DNA of 63,985 nucleotides, the filler included, from Octopus bimaculoides (Eukaryota), in the NCBI RefSeq assembly GCF_001194135.2. It is 4 parts of 4 records of this genome, joined end to end, with 100 filler letters (N's around TTAATTAATTAA, not from the genome) between each part and the next. Parts side by side here need not be neighbours in the genome. Positions count along the whole stretch, not along the records: positions 34,672 to 58,724 come from NC_068983.1; 3 more parts are not named here. One strand, written 5' to 3'. The position numbers and the translations under genes were made by a program. This document shows positions 37,155 through 50,155 of this stretch, piece after piece (within the stretch, counting starts at the first letter, position 1; each line of letters begins with the position of its first letter). A model generated the notes under the pieces. That model was not told the origin of the DNA, searched no databases, and saw nothing but the letters and a program-made list of their open reading frames with translations.

Positions 37155-37627
37155 CTATATATGGAAAATTCCAGTAAGGCTAGTTCCTGATTTTGGCATT
37201 CATTGTTATACAAATGCGAAAAATGGTCGCCATTGTATTGCACCAAAGGTACCATCCACTCGGTTTAAATTCAAGACCCGGTACTGAAATGGTCTAGCGT
37301 TCAAAGACTGACATTACTTCAATGCCCTGCCACAAAAATTAAGAAATAGAAATCTGCATAAGGTGGAACAAGATGTCTTCCAAAAGTAACTAGACATCCT
37401 CCTCTCCACAAAACCAGATGAACCAACAGCCCGACATGAGGGTGTAGACGAGGGTAGCGGAATCAAACACACTTTTACACCAAATAGGCCAATAGCTGGG
37501 GCAAAGATACATAAAGAATCGATGATGTGAACCACCTCAGAATGGGGAAATCAAAAGGACCACGGTAGGGCTCCAGAATGACCGCAGCCGCAAGGTTGGG
37601 ACGAGGAAAAGAACAAATGAATAAAAG
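37155..37627 (+). mobile_element. CR1/Jockey-group LINE, decayed 3' end of ORF2 plus 3' UTR
   Basis: IWKIPVRLVPDFGIHCYTNAKNGRHCIAPKVP...FKTRY*NGLAFK..YFNALPQKLRN..HKVEQDVFQK*LDILLS.KPDEP...RVAESNTLLHQ; tail ggtagggctccagaatgaccgcag...gaataaaag. Confidence 0.8.
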
Positions 37628-38188
37628 AATATATATGTATGCATTTATGCTTGTATGTACACATACAAATGCTTTTCACTAACGCGCTCCACACATATTT
37701 GTATATATGTGTAATATATATCAATACGTATTTATAAGAAAGGTTATGTGTAAGTATATATACGTAAGTACATACGTGTGTGTATTTATTCTTGTGCATT
37801 TGAAAAGACAAACTTTCAAACTAAGGCAAACAAGCATGTGTTTCTTCAAATCCCACGCCACAAAATCAATTAAGAAAGTTATCAACAAGCTTAACTGACC
37901 CAAATTTCTCTCAATGCAAGACAACGGCATGAAACCAAATCAATTTACGTCAATAATGTTAGCTATCTGCATTAAATATGTTTCGTAGAGGAAGGAAATA
38001 CTTAGAAATATATCATTTGTAGGTACAGGAAAATTCTTTGTAGAACAAACACATACAAACACATAGATATAGGAAAAAAAAAGAACAAAAACAGCAGGAG
38101 ACTCACATCACATTAATGGACAAACCAATGACAGGAAAAAATACCCACTTAAGACTGTCTGTCATTGGAACTAAATGAATAAATAATA

Positions 38189-38219
<31 letters not shown>

Positions 38220-38387
38220 AATGCTTCCAAGAAAATGAGGATGTAGTAATGGTATCTTGGATTGTAGGAAATATGAAGCTGAATCGTGAAGAGACGAAGA
38301 TTTCTCAATGCGTTAGTACACAGGTGTACACAGTAGAGTGCGCTGGTATATAGCATAATTACACACACACACACACACACACTGATA

Positions 38388-38735
38388 TGCAGAGCGGACT
38401 CGCGGTCGTAGCATTGCGATTTCGATTCCCAGACTAGGCGTTGTAAGTGAATATTGAACGAAATAACCTAAAGCTCCACGATGCTCCGGCAGCAGGGTGG
38501 GGTGGCGAGCCCAGCTGTGCTCTTTCACCACAACTTTCTTACACACTTTCTTTCTGCTTCTGTTGTACCTGTATTTCAAAAGGCCAGCCTTGTCACACTC
38601 TGTGTCACACTGAATCTCCCCGAGAACTACGCTAAGGGTACACGTGTCTGTGGAGTGCTCAGCCACTTACACGTTAATTCCACGAGAAGGCTGTTCCGTT
38701 GATTGGATCACCTGGAACTCTCGTCGTCGTAACCG
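38388..38735 (+). mobile_element. SINE family B
   Basis: Near-identical to 21460-21815. Confidence 0.9.
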
Positions 38736-38739
38736 TCGA

Positions 38740-39065
38740 GCCTAGTACATAGTGTGTCTGTCTCATTTGCCGTACCGGTAAGTTACGGGGGAATAAACAT
38801 ACCAATATCAGTTGTCAAGCGATGGTAGGACAACAAACACACACACACTTACACATGTATGTATATATATATGTATATAAGTGTGTGTGTGTGTATGTGT
38901 GTGTGTGTGTGTGTGTACGTGTGTATACAACGAGATTCTTTCAATTTCCGTCTACCAAATCCACTCACAAAGCTTTGGTCGGCCCGAGGCTATAGGAGAC
39001 ACTTGCCGAAGGTATCACGCAAGTGGACTGAACAAGAAACCATGTGGTTACGAAGCAAGAGCAAC
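38740..39065 (-). mobile_element. SINE family A
   Basis: taagttacggggg..taaacataccaatatcagttgtcaagcgatg and ttccgtctaccaaatccactcacaaagctttggtcggcccgaggctatagg.agacacttgcc. Confidence 0.85.
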
Positions 39066-40136
39066 GCCATGTATTGTTGTATGTATGTATGTAAGTATTT
39101 ATGTATGTATGTGTACATATATATTTATTTATATATTTATATATATACATACATACATTTATGCGCGCACATGTGGCCAGTCACATTCACAGATAAAACA
39201 TTCCTTTTCTTCCAGCACATTTCCTGCGTAACACAAATTATATTTGCTTGTATTGATATTTCCTACTCTCTCTCTCTCACCCATATATATATATATATAT
39301 ATATANNNNNNNNNNNNNNNNNNNNNNNNNNNNNNNNNNNNNNNNNNNNNNNNNNNNNNNNNNNNNNNNNNNNNNNNNNNNNNNNNNNNNNNNNNNNNNN
39401 NNNNNNNNNNNNNNNNNNNNNNNNNNNNNNNNNNNNNNNNNNNNNNNNNNNNNNNNNNNNNNNNNNNNNNNNNNNNNNNNNNNNNNNNNNNNNNNNNNNN
39501 NNNNNNNNNNNNNNNNNNNNNNNNNNNNNNNNNNNNNNNNNNNNNNNNNNNNNNNNNNNNNNNNNNNNNNNNNNNNNNNNNNNNNNNNNNNNNNNNNNNN
39601 NNNNNNNNNNNNNNNNNNNNNNNNNNNNNNNNNNNNNNNNNNNNNNNNNNNNNNNNNNNNNNNNNNNNNNNNNNNNNNNNNNNNNNNNNNNNNNNNNNNN
39701 NNNNNNNNNNNNNNNNNNNNNNNNNNNNNNNNNNNNNNNNNNNNNNNNNNNNNNNNNNNNNNNNNNNNNNNNNNNNNNNNNNNNNNNNNNNNNNNNNNNN
39801 NNNNNNNNNNNNNNNNNNNNNNNNNNNNNNNNNNNNNNNNNNNNNNNNNNNNNNNNNNNNNNNNNNNNNNNNNNNNNNNNNNNNNNNNNNNNNNNNNNNN
39901 NNNNNNNNNNNNNNNNNNNNNNNNNNNNNNNNNNNNNNNNNNNNNNNNNNNNNNNNNNNNNNNNNNNNNNNNNNNNNNNNNNNNNNNNNNNNNNNNNNNN
40001 NNNNNNNNNNNNNNNNNNNNNNNNNNNNNNNNNNNNNNNNNNNNNNNNNNNNNNNNNNNNNNNNNNNNNNNNNNNNNNNNNNNNNNNNNNNNNNNNNNNN
40101 NNNNNNNNNNNNNNNNNNNNNNNNNNNNNNNNNNNN

Positions 40137-40188
<52 letters not shown>

Positions 40189-40189
40189 A

Positions 40190-40253
<64 letters not shown>

Positions 40254-40950
40254 TGTGTGTGTGTGTTAGGATGTAACAAGTCTAGTCTTAAATATGGAAC
40301 CATGCTTTAGACATAACACATAAACGAAAAGTGATAAGTGTCTTGCGAAAAGAATGCCTTACTGTATTTGATGGTTTATTAAAGATATTTTTCGTATAAA
40401 ATATTTCGAAGATCACGTCCGGGGCCTATGTGCGCATCTCAGACGGGATTAATCTAAAATGCCTGTGTGTACTTATGCCATCCAGTGCGCTATATTTCAG
40501 CATAGCCATCATGAAATTAAGATCTAGTTCACATAAATTTAAAAAGCTGTATACTGAATTAATAATAAACTAAGTGTTCAGAAAATAAACGTAAGTATTG
40601 TGTACACATAAATGTAGAATGGCTTGCAAGAAACATACTACTGCTTTTATGATGTGCTATATCTCTTATTTAATAGTTTATTAAGAGGTACAGATATCAG
40701 ATTTCAGCTGTCAGAAATAAATTGTACAGATAGAATCCATTAGAAGCATTCTTTAGGACAATACTTTAGTAATAGTTAATTTGAATATCTGCATAATTAT
40801 TAAAATGACAACATTCAGTTACTAGGATCAAGCTAACAATGCATAAAAATAACAATTACAAATACCGATCTAACTTCGTATATAAATACATACATGCATG
40901 TGTAACATGCTCGTAAATGTTGCAAATTTCCTGTCTCTTTCTCTCTCAAT

Positions 40951-41095
<145 letters not shown>

Positions 41096-41279
41096 CAAAT
41101 ACATGACAAAAACACCAGAATTTACAAGTATATATATATAACATACAGTAAATAAAACTACTAGGCACCAGGCTTATCTTATGTAAAACACTTTCAAAAC
41201 AGTGAAAGTAAGAGTACCACAACAAACCACAGCATATGCGCAAGACACACAGAGCTTCGCTCGGTAGTGCCGTGAAAGT

Positions 41280-41631
41280 CTGTGATAAAAATAAGACTAC
41301 TCTATGAAGTAAACAGCTATGACGATTTAAAGTGAGAAATACGAAAGATTTGATCAATGAAGAGTTTAGACGTGATACTAATAATAATTGGTACACTTAG
41401 AAGTAACAGCACTCAACTACCAACATGACTGAAAAAGATCGGTGCAAGTGTGAAGGTAGAATACATACAAAAATCAGCATTGCTTAGAACTGCAAGCGTA
41501 CTTCGCAGGCTTCTTGAAGCATGACTGGTAAACAAGTGTCACCTTAGTCTGCTGGCTGTGGACAGCTGACACTTTCCATCATACTCAGCAAAATAAGTTG
41601 AGGTTTCATATAATTATAATAATAATAACAA

Positions 41632-41640
<9 letters not shown>
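41280..41640 (+). mobile_element. R4/Dong-type (RLE-bearing) non-LTR retrotransposon 3' end with (TAA)n tail
   Basis: YDDLK*EIRKI*SMKSLDVILIIIGTLRS..QLPT*LKKIGASVKVEYIQKSALLRTASVLRRLLEA* (K..KY.DL..EI.RLW...VIP.VIG.LG...QK.ALLGTA.ILR), then ataataataac. Confidence 0.85.
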
Positions 41641-41702
<62 letters not shown>

Positions 41703-41789
41703 AACCCCTAAAAAGAGGGATTTTTCATGGAGACTCGTTTTCTTCCGTATTTTTCTGCCTTGCTCTAACCTCGCTAACATACTTGTTAA

Positions 41790-42232
41790 ATGAAACTACC
41801 ATGGAGGTATAGATGTTATGGTCAAACAATGAATCATCTCCTTGACATGGATGCTTCAAAATGCTTTACTAAAAACACCATGGAACAGAGAAACATAAAA
41901 ATTGACCATAGTTTCAAAAAAGCCATCGCGATGAGCAGGACAAATGTACCAAAGTGACAGTAAAACGAAGCAAGTCAATTAACATTGTAAAGACAGAACT
42001 CAGCATTGGACACAGACATCAGAGGACTAGACCAAAATCTCCATAACAAATATCTAGGAATAGACGAAACAGTTAAAATACAACACACGAAAATGAAAGA
42101 AAATTAGGAGAGAGTATTAGTGAAGAGTTAGATTAATATCAAACACTGAACTCAATGCTAAAAATAAGATAATTGGGAAAAACGCGCAAACCAAACCAGT
42201 CATAAATTCCAAATTCAATATGAGAAACTGAA
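41790..42232 (+). mobile_element. R4/Dong-type reverse transcriptase fragment (YMDD region to thumb), decayed
   Basis: MNHLLDMDASKCFTKN (INHLLYMDDLKLF.KN) ... DKCTKV..KR ... KYLGIDE..IQH..MKE ... LI.NTELNAKNKII..N...PVI. Confidence 0.8.
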
Positions 42233-42254
42233 GGAATAATAACGACGATGATGG

Positions 42255-42303
<49 letters not shown>

Positions 42304-42574
42304 CGTGGTCATATTTACGCTCCTATTTTCAGTAAACAGGATTAAGCTGCTTGTGAAAAATGATCGGAAATTTTTCACTCAAGCCTGATTACCTTTAAGG
42401 CAGTTGTTATGATTTGAGAGTAATTAAAGCACACTGCCGTATTTACACTCCTATGACGAGACTTGTAGAAACGGGAATTATGTATATTTTCACAAATATA
42501 TTTTCGCTATTTTGTCGACCCTTCAGCTAGACGATGCACACACACACACACACTCACGCGCGCGTGCATATATA

Positions 42575-42860
42575 TCTGCTATATATAAATCACAGAATGT
42601 GTGTGTATAATGACTAACGCATTCATTTCCACAATTCTCAACCAATTTCCACACAACTTTACATAACATTACTTATATCCCAAGGATGGTCATGCACAAT
42701 AATATTTTGCCCAGAGCTTCCGCGTAATTGAATGTAAATAGACATAGTTGTTTTTGTATGTAGGTTTTTCTATACTTTTTTAATCTTTGTACAAAAGTGA
42801 AATGATTTTATCTATTTAATGATTTCGACTGTCCAGCTGCGACATTTACTAAGTTGACTA
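42575..42860 (+). mobile_element. Possible non-autonomous Helitron-like element
   Basis: tctgctatatataaatcacagaatgtgtgtgt...ttctcaaccaatttccac.caacttt resembles Helitron-type 5' ends; a CTAG occurs near 42856. Ends not firmly defined. Confidence 0.3.
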
Positions 42861-43490
42861 GGAACGCTGTACGTAATAATTAACCAATACCAAACAATCT
42901 TAATCTGCATATTTAAACTGCATTTAACTTTGGCAAGTTTACCTTTACCTATTCTGAGTTACTTGAAAGGTGATATTCCCTTCCTTCTCTTCCTTCTACT
43001 ATCTGTTGAAGTTTTAGCGCTTTACCTGCTATTTCTGAACTTCGGTATGTGGTGAAGCAACTGTTGCTGATCCCTTAATAATGTTTATACATTTATAAGA
43101 ACTTTTAAATAGGTTCTTCACCGTTAATGGTGTTTACATAACGAAGTGCTTGGTAAAAAAATTATTAATTATTAATTTATTAATAAATTAATATTCCTTT
43201 NNNNNNNNNNNNNNNNNNNNNNNNNNNNNNNNNNNNNNNNNNNNNNNNNNNNNNNNNNNNNNNNNNNNNNNNNNNNNNNNNNNNNNNNNNNNNNNNNNNN
43301 NNNNNNNNNNNNNNNNNNNNNNNNNNNNNNNNNNNNNNNNNNNNNNNNNNNNNNNNNNNNNNNNNNNNNNNNNNNNNNNNNNNNNNNNNNNNNNNNNNNN
43401 NNNNNNNNNNNNNNNNNNNNNNNNNNNNNNNNNNNNNNNNNNNNNNNNNNNNNNNNNNNNNNNNNNNNNNNNNNNNNNNNNNNNNNNNNN

Positions 43491-43521
<31 letters not shown>

Positions 43522-43899
43522 ATGTGAATATATGTATTATAAAAAAAATAGCACCAAGCGTAAGGACACACGCGGCATCAACCTGTTTAGAAATAGGAGT
43601 CAAAATTCGAAATCCACTACCAACATAACTGAAATATGAAAGAGACAACACTAGGCGAGCGAACAGTTACAGAATTAAGCAATTAAAAACATACCATTAA
43701 AAAATTGTCATTCGGATATTCATGTACCATGGTTACAGGTCCTGACCTATGGGTTTCAAACTTCACCAGTACGAATCACCGATGAAAAATTCTAAATCCG
43801 TCACTTTGAACATCCATCATACACATGTATGTATGTATGTATGTATGTATGTATGTATGTATGTATGAATGTATGTATATATGTATGTGTAGGTGTGTA

Positions 43900-44172
43900 T
43901 GTAGGGAGAACAATGCCTATCATCGCCACAGATGGAGGAAGCAGGTTAAGGAGGGATCGACATATTTGAGAGAGCACGTATCCAGCATGAAGAACTTAAG
44001 CGAGCTGCGAATGGGGAAAGCTTGGTCTACAACGTTTGCAGTCATGTATGCTTGTCAAGAGCAGGACTCATTAGCCACCAACGGAACCGCAAATGCAAAA
44101 TATAAGTTAGTCCTAGAGCGCACAATGTTCCTGAAGGTCGGCAATGGTCTTCCTCGGTCACGAGTGGACGGC
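43900..44172 (+). mobile_element. RTE-clade LINE 3' end with C-terminal Cys/His finger
   Basis: HRHRWRKQVKEG../FERARIQHEELKRAA...NVCSHVCLSRAGLISHQR; tail ggtcttcctcggtcacgagtggacggcc. Confidence 0.8.
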
Positions 44173-45303
44173 CAGCATGCATGTATGTATCTGTGTGTTT
44201 GTATATAATGTACTTAAATGTAAATATATATATATGTATATATGTACAGAATATTTCCCGGTTGTTCAGTTAAATTTAAAACCGATATTGGATAGAACTC
44301 ATGGTATACATAACACTTTGAATTCATACATTTTTACTTTACACACTCACAAAGATACACACAGATATTCACTCGCATATACAAAGACACAGACCCACAC
44401 ACATGAATGTATATAAGTGCATATANNNNNNNNNNNNNNNNNNNNNNNNNNNNNNNNNNNNNNNNNNNNNNNNNNNNNNNNNNNNNNNNNNNNNNNNNNN
44501 NNNNNNNNNNNNNNNNNNNNNNNNNNNNNNNNNNNNNNNNNNNNNNNNNNNNNNNNNNNNNNNNNNNNNNNNNNNNNNNNNNNNNNNNNNNNNNNNNNNN
44601 NNNNNNNNNNNNNNNNNNNNNNNNNNNNNNNNNNNNNNNNNNNNNNNNNNNNNNNNNNNNNNNNNNNNNNNNNNNNNNNNNNNNNNNNNNNNNNNNNNNN
44701 NNNNNNNNNNNNNNNNNNNNNNNNNNNNNNNNNNNNNNNNNNNNNNNNNNNNNNNNNNNNNNNNNNNNNNNNNNNNNNNNNNNNNNNNNNNNNNNNNNNN
44801 NNNNNNNNNNNNNNNNNNNNNNNNNNNNNNNNNNNNNNNNNNNNNNNNNNNNNNNNNNNNNNNNNNNNNNNNNNNNNNNNNNNNNNNNNNNNNNNNNNNN
44901 NNNNNNNNNNNNNNNNNNNNNNNNNNNNNNNNNNNNNNNNNNNNNNNNNNNNNNNNNNNNNNNNNNNNNNNNNNNNNNNNNNNNNNNNNNNNNNNNNNNN
45001 NNNNNNNNNNNNNNNNNNNNNNNNNNNNNNNNNNNNNNNNNNNNNNNNNNNNNNNNNNNNNNNNNNNNNNNNNNNNNNNNNNNNNNNNNNNNNNNNNNNN
45101 NNNNNNNNNNNNNNNNNNNNNNNNNNNNNNNNNNNNNNNNNNNNNNNNNNNNNNNNNNNNNNNNNNNNNNNNNNNNNNNNNNNNNNNNNNNNNNNNNNNN
45201 NNNNNNNNNNNNNNNNNNNNNNNNNNNNNNNNNNNNNNNNNNNNNNNNNNNNNNNNNNNNNNNNNNNNNNNNNNNNNNNNNNNNNNNNNNNNNNNNNNNN
45301 NNN

Positions 45304-45337
<34 letters not shown>

Positions 45338-46154
45338 CATGTATAATATTTATATGTATTTATACGAACTAAGACTTATTTGTATATAAAGATTTTAATA
45401 TTTACTTCAGCCTCCCATTATCGTAGCAAGTGCTCATATTTATGTGAGTTGTGCTGTGACAGAGATCATATATAAATATTATTTGTGTTTTAATACGCGC
45501 GTTTATTTTTTTTATGAATAACATTTATTCATATTTTCCTCAGACGTATTGCGTGTGCGATGTTGAAGACAAGAAACACACACGTGCACAAACACTTAAA
45601 CGAATACACGCGAATGGTATTTTGATATTTCCAGAAATATCTAAACCTCGAAGTTTGCAGCTTATTGGAAATATGGATGAATTATTTTCACGCTAATTGA
45701 CTGCTCTTCTAATTATCACAGATGGATGTCAACAAGTATTAATCTAGTATCAACTGTAATCCCTCTTCGTACTGTCCCTCTGTGTTACCTATCATCCCAC
45801 AAATGTTTCCTTCAAATTAATGGTAATCAAATTATTTCCACGCATCACTAGGGGGTGAAACACGTATTTAGAGGTGTGTGAGAGTATAAGATTATTTGTT
45901 CGGAAGCGAAACAAGTTTAGTGTTTATTAAATTATAAATTGTAATTTTTTTCTTGTTGAATGTCTGTTTTACTTTTCCTTCAAACGTATGTTGTAAGATG
46001 TTTTACGTCGACAAAATTAGAGTATAATACTTTAAAGATTTTCATACAGAAATTGTAGGAAGATAGGTGATATGTAAATACTAGAAAATATTGGATAATA
46101 ACAAAATTTTATAGACAAGACATATCGTTATGAATAAGAAATTAAAAAAAAAAT

Positions 46155-46312
46155 GTGCGGTTGTGTATTAAGTAGCTTGCTTACCAACCACATGGTTCTG
46201 AGTTCAATCCCACTGCGTGGAACCTTGGGCAAGTGTCTTCTACTATAGCCTCGGGCCGACCAAAGCCTTGTGAGTGGATTTTGTAGATGGAAACTGAAAG
46301 AAGCCTGTCGTA

Positions 46313-46344
<32 letters not shown>

Positions 46345-46860
46345 CATTATATATATATNNNNNNNNNNNNNNNNNNNNNNNNNNNNNNNNATGGGAGAAT
46401 ATACAAATAATAACAACAGACGAGGACAGGTGGTGTAAATAACAAAAGTATATATTAGTATGACGCTCGGGAATACGGAAAGTCTTTGACGTTTCGAGCT
46501 ACGCTCTTCAACAGAAAGAATACGGAGACAAGGAGAAAAACACGGAGAAAAAAAATTGACATACATGCATATATATATATATATATGCATGTATGTATGT
46601 ATGTATGTATGTATGTATGTATGTATGTATGTATGTGTGCGTATATGTTTGTATGTCTGTGTTTGTCCTCCAAAATTCGCTTGACAATCGATGCTCGTGT
46701 GTTTTCGTCAACGGAACTTAGCGGTTCTGCAATAAGAGACCGATAGAATAAGTACTAGGCTTTCAAAGAATAATTTCTGGGGTCGATTTGCTCGACGAAA
46801 AGCGTTGCTCCAGCATGGCCGCAGTAAAATGACTGAAACAAGTAAAACAGTAAACAGTAA
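46155..46860 (+). mobile_element. SINE family A whose internal microsatellite is interrupted by a gap and by an inverted hammerhead-carrying repeat (46391-46560)
   Basis: Head 46155-46310; tail 46650-46860; between them atgggagaatatacaaataataacaacagacgaggacaggtggtgtaaa...aaaaaattga. Confidence 0.85.
46483..46519 (-). ncRNA. Minimal type I hammerhead-ribozyme-like motif (variant core)
   Basis: TCTTT-CTGTTGAA-GAGC(GTA)GCTC-GAAAC-GTC-AAAGA: 5-bp stem I, 4-bp stem II, GUC triplet. Position A6 is U. Confidence 0.6.
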
Positions 46861-46944
46861 GAGTATGATTTTATTTATACTAAGATGGAAAATAAGTGAG
46901 AAAATAAAAAGACAGTATTTTATCAATATCTTATTACGTGATAT

Positions 46945-47100
46945 AAGGCGTTAATCTGGCAGAATCGCTAACACACCGGGCAAATTGCTTTGCGGCATTT
47001 CGCCGGCGTCGATAAAATAAATACGAGTTGAACACTGGGGGTGATATTATCGACTTACTCTTCCCCAAAATTTCTGGCCTCGTTCCAAAATTTATATCAA
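46945..47100 (+). mobile_element. SINE family C, internally deleted
   Basis: aggcgttaatctggcagaatcgctaacacaccgggcaaattgctttgcggcatttcg...gtcgataaaataaatacgagttgaacactgggg. Confidence 0.75.
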
Positions 47101-47318
47101 TATTTTATCACGCGATATCTCATGCTTGGTTAATTTCTGTAGTAAGAATATCTTATATTTTTGACAAAGGCTTAATCAAAATGGAAAATCAAATTATGAC
47201 ATATTTGTCAATGAGCCATGTTATTAGGACCAAAGATCAGTTTTAGTTATCCTTCTAGAACGTTACTCCCAGGAGCAGAACACATTATGCGCGCAGCAAC
47301 TTTTGGTTTTAGGGAATC

Positions 47319-47449
47319 TACAGGGTGTCCACAAAGTCTGGCTACATGGAGTAAATAAAATCATAACATAAACTATTAAATATAAGAAATAATAATTTCT
47401 TAAAGTATGTGTTAATCCCCCATCTACCCAGCCTTTGTGGACACCCTGT
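47319..47449. mobile_element. 127-bp Tc1/mariner-type MITE with TA target duplication
   Basis: TA-CAGGGTGTCCACAAAGTCTGG ... CCAGCCTTTGTGGACACCCTG-TA. Confidence 0.9.
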
Positions 47450-47462
47450 AGTAACAAACCTG

Positions 47463-47502
47463 GTGACGTCATGCAAAAATAAGTGACGTCAGGCAAAAAT
47501 AG
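47463..47502. promoter_or_regulatory. Two perfect CRE palindromes (TGACGTCA at 47464 and 47484) in a 20-bp direct repeat
   Basis: gtgacgtcatgcaaaaataa gtgacgtcaggcaaaaatag. Function not shown. Confidence 0.35.
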
Positions 47503-48978
47503 AAAAGCAGGCGTTAAAGGAGTGATACAAATATATCATGAAGATCGTCAAAATGATGATGCAGTGGATGAGGGATATATAAGATATCTACATTTGGGTA
47601 TCTCGCTCAGTTTTTTTATCCAAAGTATCCAACTGCGCACACTCGTTTTTGCAAATCTCACATTTCTGTATCATTGATTTCACTATCTGTCAAGAGCCTT
47701 TTGCGTAATGTGTTCCAATATCAGGTGGATCAAACGTCTGCAGGAGAAAAATCTATATTGTGAACTTAAGAGATTCCGAATTACAATGGTAATCGTTGCA
47801 AGATTTATGCCTTTATAAGTTGAGGATTAACATAAAGCAACAATTGTAAAATTTTTTTTTTAGATTTAGAGGAAGCTAAAAAGGAAAGGAAAAAGAACTA
47901 TTGCAGCATGCATGTTTTTTTCTAAAACGCAAAAATACTACCAGTGAAATATATAGAGAAAATGCTTTATTAAGAAACGGAAAGTGAAATGAACAATCAA
48001 GTGTGGTGACCATACATTTCCCTTTCCGTTACTTTATTCAGATGTCACTATAATGGATTTTATACTGAGCTATCTATCGTACAAACACATAAGGCGTGTA
48101 GTATACCAATGATTTCAAATTAGGATGTTCAATAAATTTTATTTGTCAGTTCGTACATAGAAACTACTATATGATATAGGCTATAGAGTTCAAATGAAAT
48201 ATATTTCAGAGAAGCAGCACTATATACACACATAGGACATTTAGCAAGACATTTTCATTGAAGTACATGTGATAAGCAAATATACCAAAAACAAACATTA
48301 AATTTAGTAGTTGAACTCCTAATATGATTTTGGTTCTGATGCAAGATATAAACTTTTGTTAACTGTAAGCAAAGCACTTCATCTAGAAATGTCACTGCTT
48401 AGCAAATGAATATCTGTAGTATAGTTATTTTAAGTTAAGAACTACTTTACGCTGATATATCAGAGAATGTTTGAAAAAAATGAATGCAAATACCATTGAG
48501 ATTGTGAGCATGGGCTCTGCATCAAATTATATTTGATTTGGTATAAGATTAAGTTGGTTAAAACTTGTAACTGGCAGCCATCAATTCTTATTCCAAATAC
48601 ATATTTACTATAGTAAAACTGCCAAAAGTTTTGTTCATATGTACATACATATATACATGCATAAATACACACACACACACACACACACACACANNNNNNN
48701 NNNNNNNNNNNNNNNNNNNNNNNNNNNNNNNNNNNNNNNNNNNNNNNNNNNNNNNNNNNNNNNNNNNNNNNNNNNNNNNNNNNNNNNNNNNNNNNNNNNN
48801 NNNNNNNNNNNNNNNNNNNNNNNNNNNNNNNNNNNNNNNNNNNNNNNNNNNNNNNNNNNNNNNNNNNNNNNNNNNNNNNNNNNNNNNNNNNNNNNNNNNN
48901 NNNNNNNNNNNNNNNNNNNNNNNNNNNNNNNNNNNNNNNNNNNNNNNNNNNNNNNNNNNNNNNNNNNNNNNNNNNNNN

Positions 48979-49016
<38 letters not shown>

Positions 49017-50155
49017 TTTCCATAGGTTATGTCAATCAGTCACATATCTAGCCAAAGAAATTTGAAGAAAAGTAAATCGTTCAGACGGTCAAGCACCAAT
49101 ACTCACACAACCGAAATAAATAATAAGAAAGAAGATACAATGGACTAAGATATAGTAAAAGAAAATAGAAAAAGACAAAAACCATGTTGATAGTAATGAT
49201 AGTGTAAAAACACACTGGGAATCAAACACGTTGGTAGATCACGCACAAAACACACAGAAAGACTGAATATCGAGCATGTATATATTTATATGTACATATG
49301 CATATTTGTATATACACATACATATACATATGTGTATGTGTATACGTATGTACATATACCTACATATAAATATATATTATATATGTATGCATATATGCAC
49401 AAACATATTAAATACGGTTGTCAGCATTAGCGCCATGCTTTACATAAGTAGTGCACACACCAGACGTTTGTCAGTTGGCAAAGGAAATGAATCCTGCACA
49501 TAATTTAGAGTGATGTATTCATTATATAGTTCCATGAATCCCTTGTTGGCAGACAGAAGGGAAAATAAGAACGTCTGGTAAATATTTGGTCTGTTAAAAT
49601 TTGAAACGTATTTACTTACTTCGTATATATTAAAAAAAAAAATAAGACATGGGTACTTTCATACATATATATATATACATACACACAACCGCCTATTTAT
49701 TTTATATTTGGCATGTACACACACACGCACGCACGCACGCAAGGGCACACACATACACATACATATTCGCATATGTTAGTGTTTCTGAACCTCAGATTGT
49801 GTGTATACATCGTGAAGTAAACTTGTAGGAAGTCACTCATGTACCCACATTCATGCGTAAACATACACATATATGTTCATATAAAGATTTTTCGAATGGA
49901 ATATCTTTACATGAGCTCTTTTAAGAATAGGCGAGCAAAAAAGCAACAACAACAATGATAAACTAAATGAAATCTAAAAGTGGCATTCATTCTTACGCAA
50001 AATTACAGCAGTGTCAAGTCGAAGAACCTTATAAGTGGTAAGTGACACAAATTTTAGGAATAATTATTTTTCTTAAATTTCTACTTGGTGACGTTTCTTT
50101 ACAAATAAATGTACGTAAATTTATCCCGTAGAACTAAAAAAAAATCGGTGATGTA

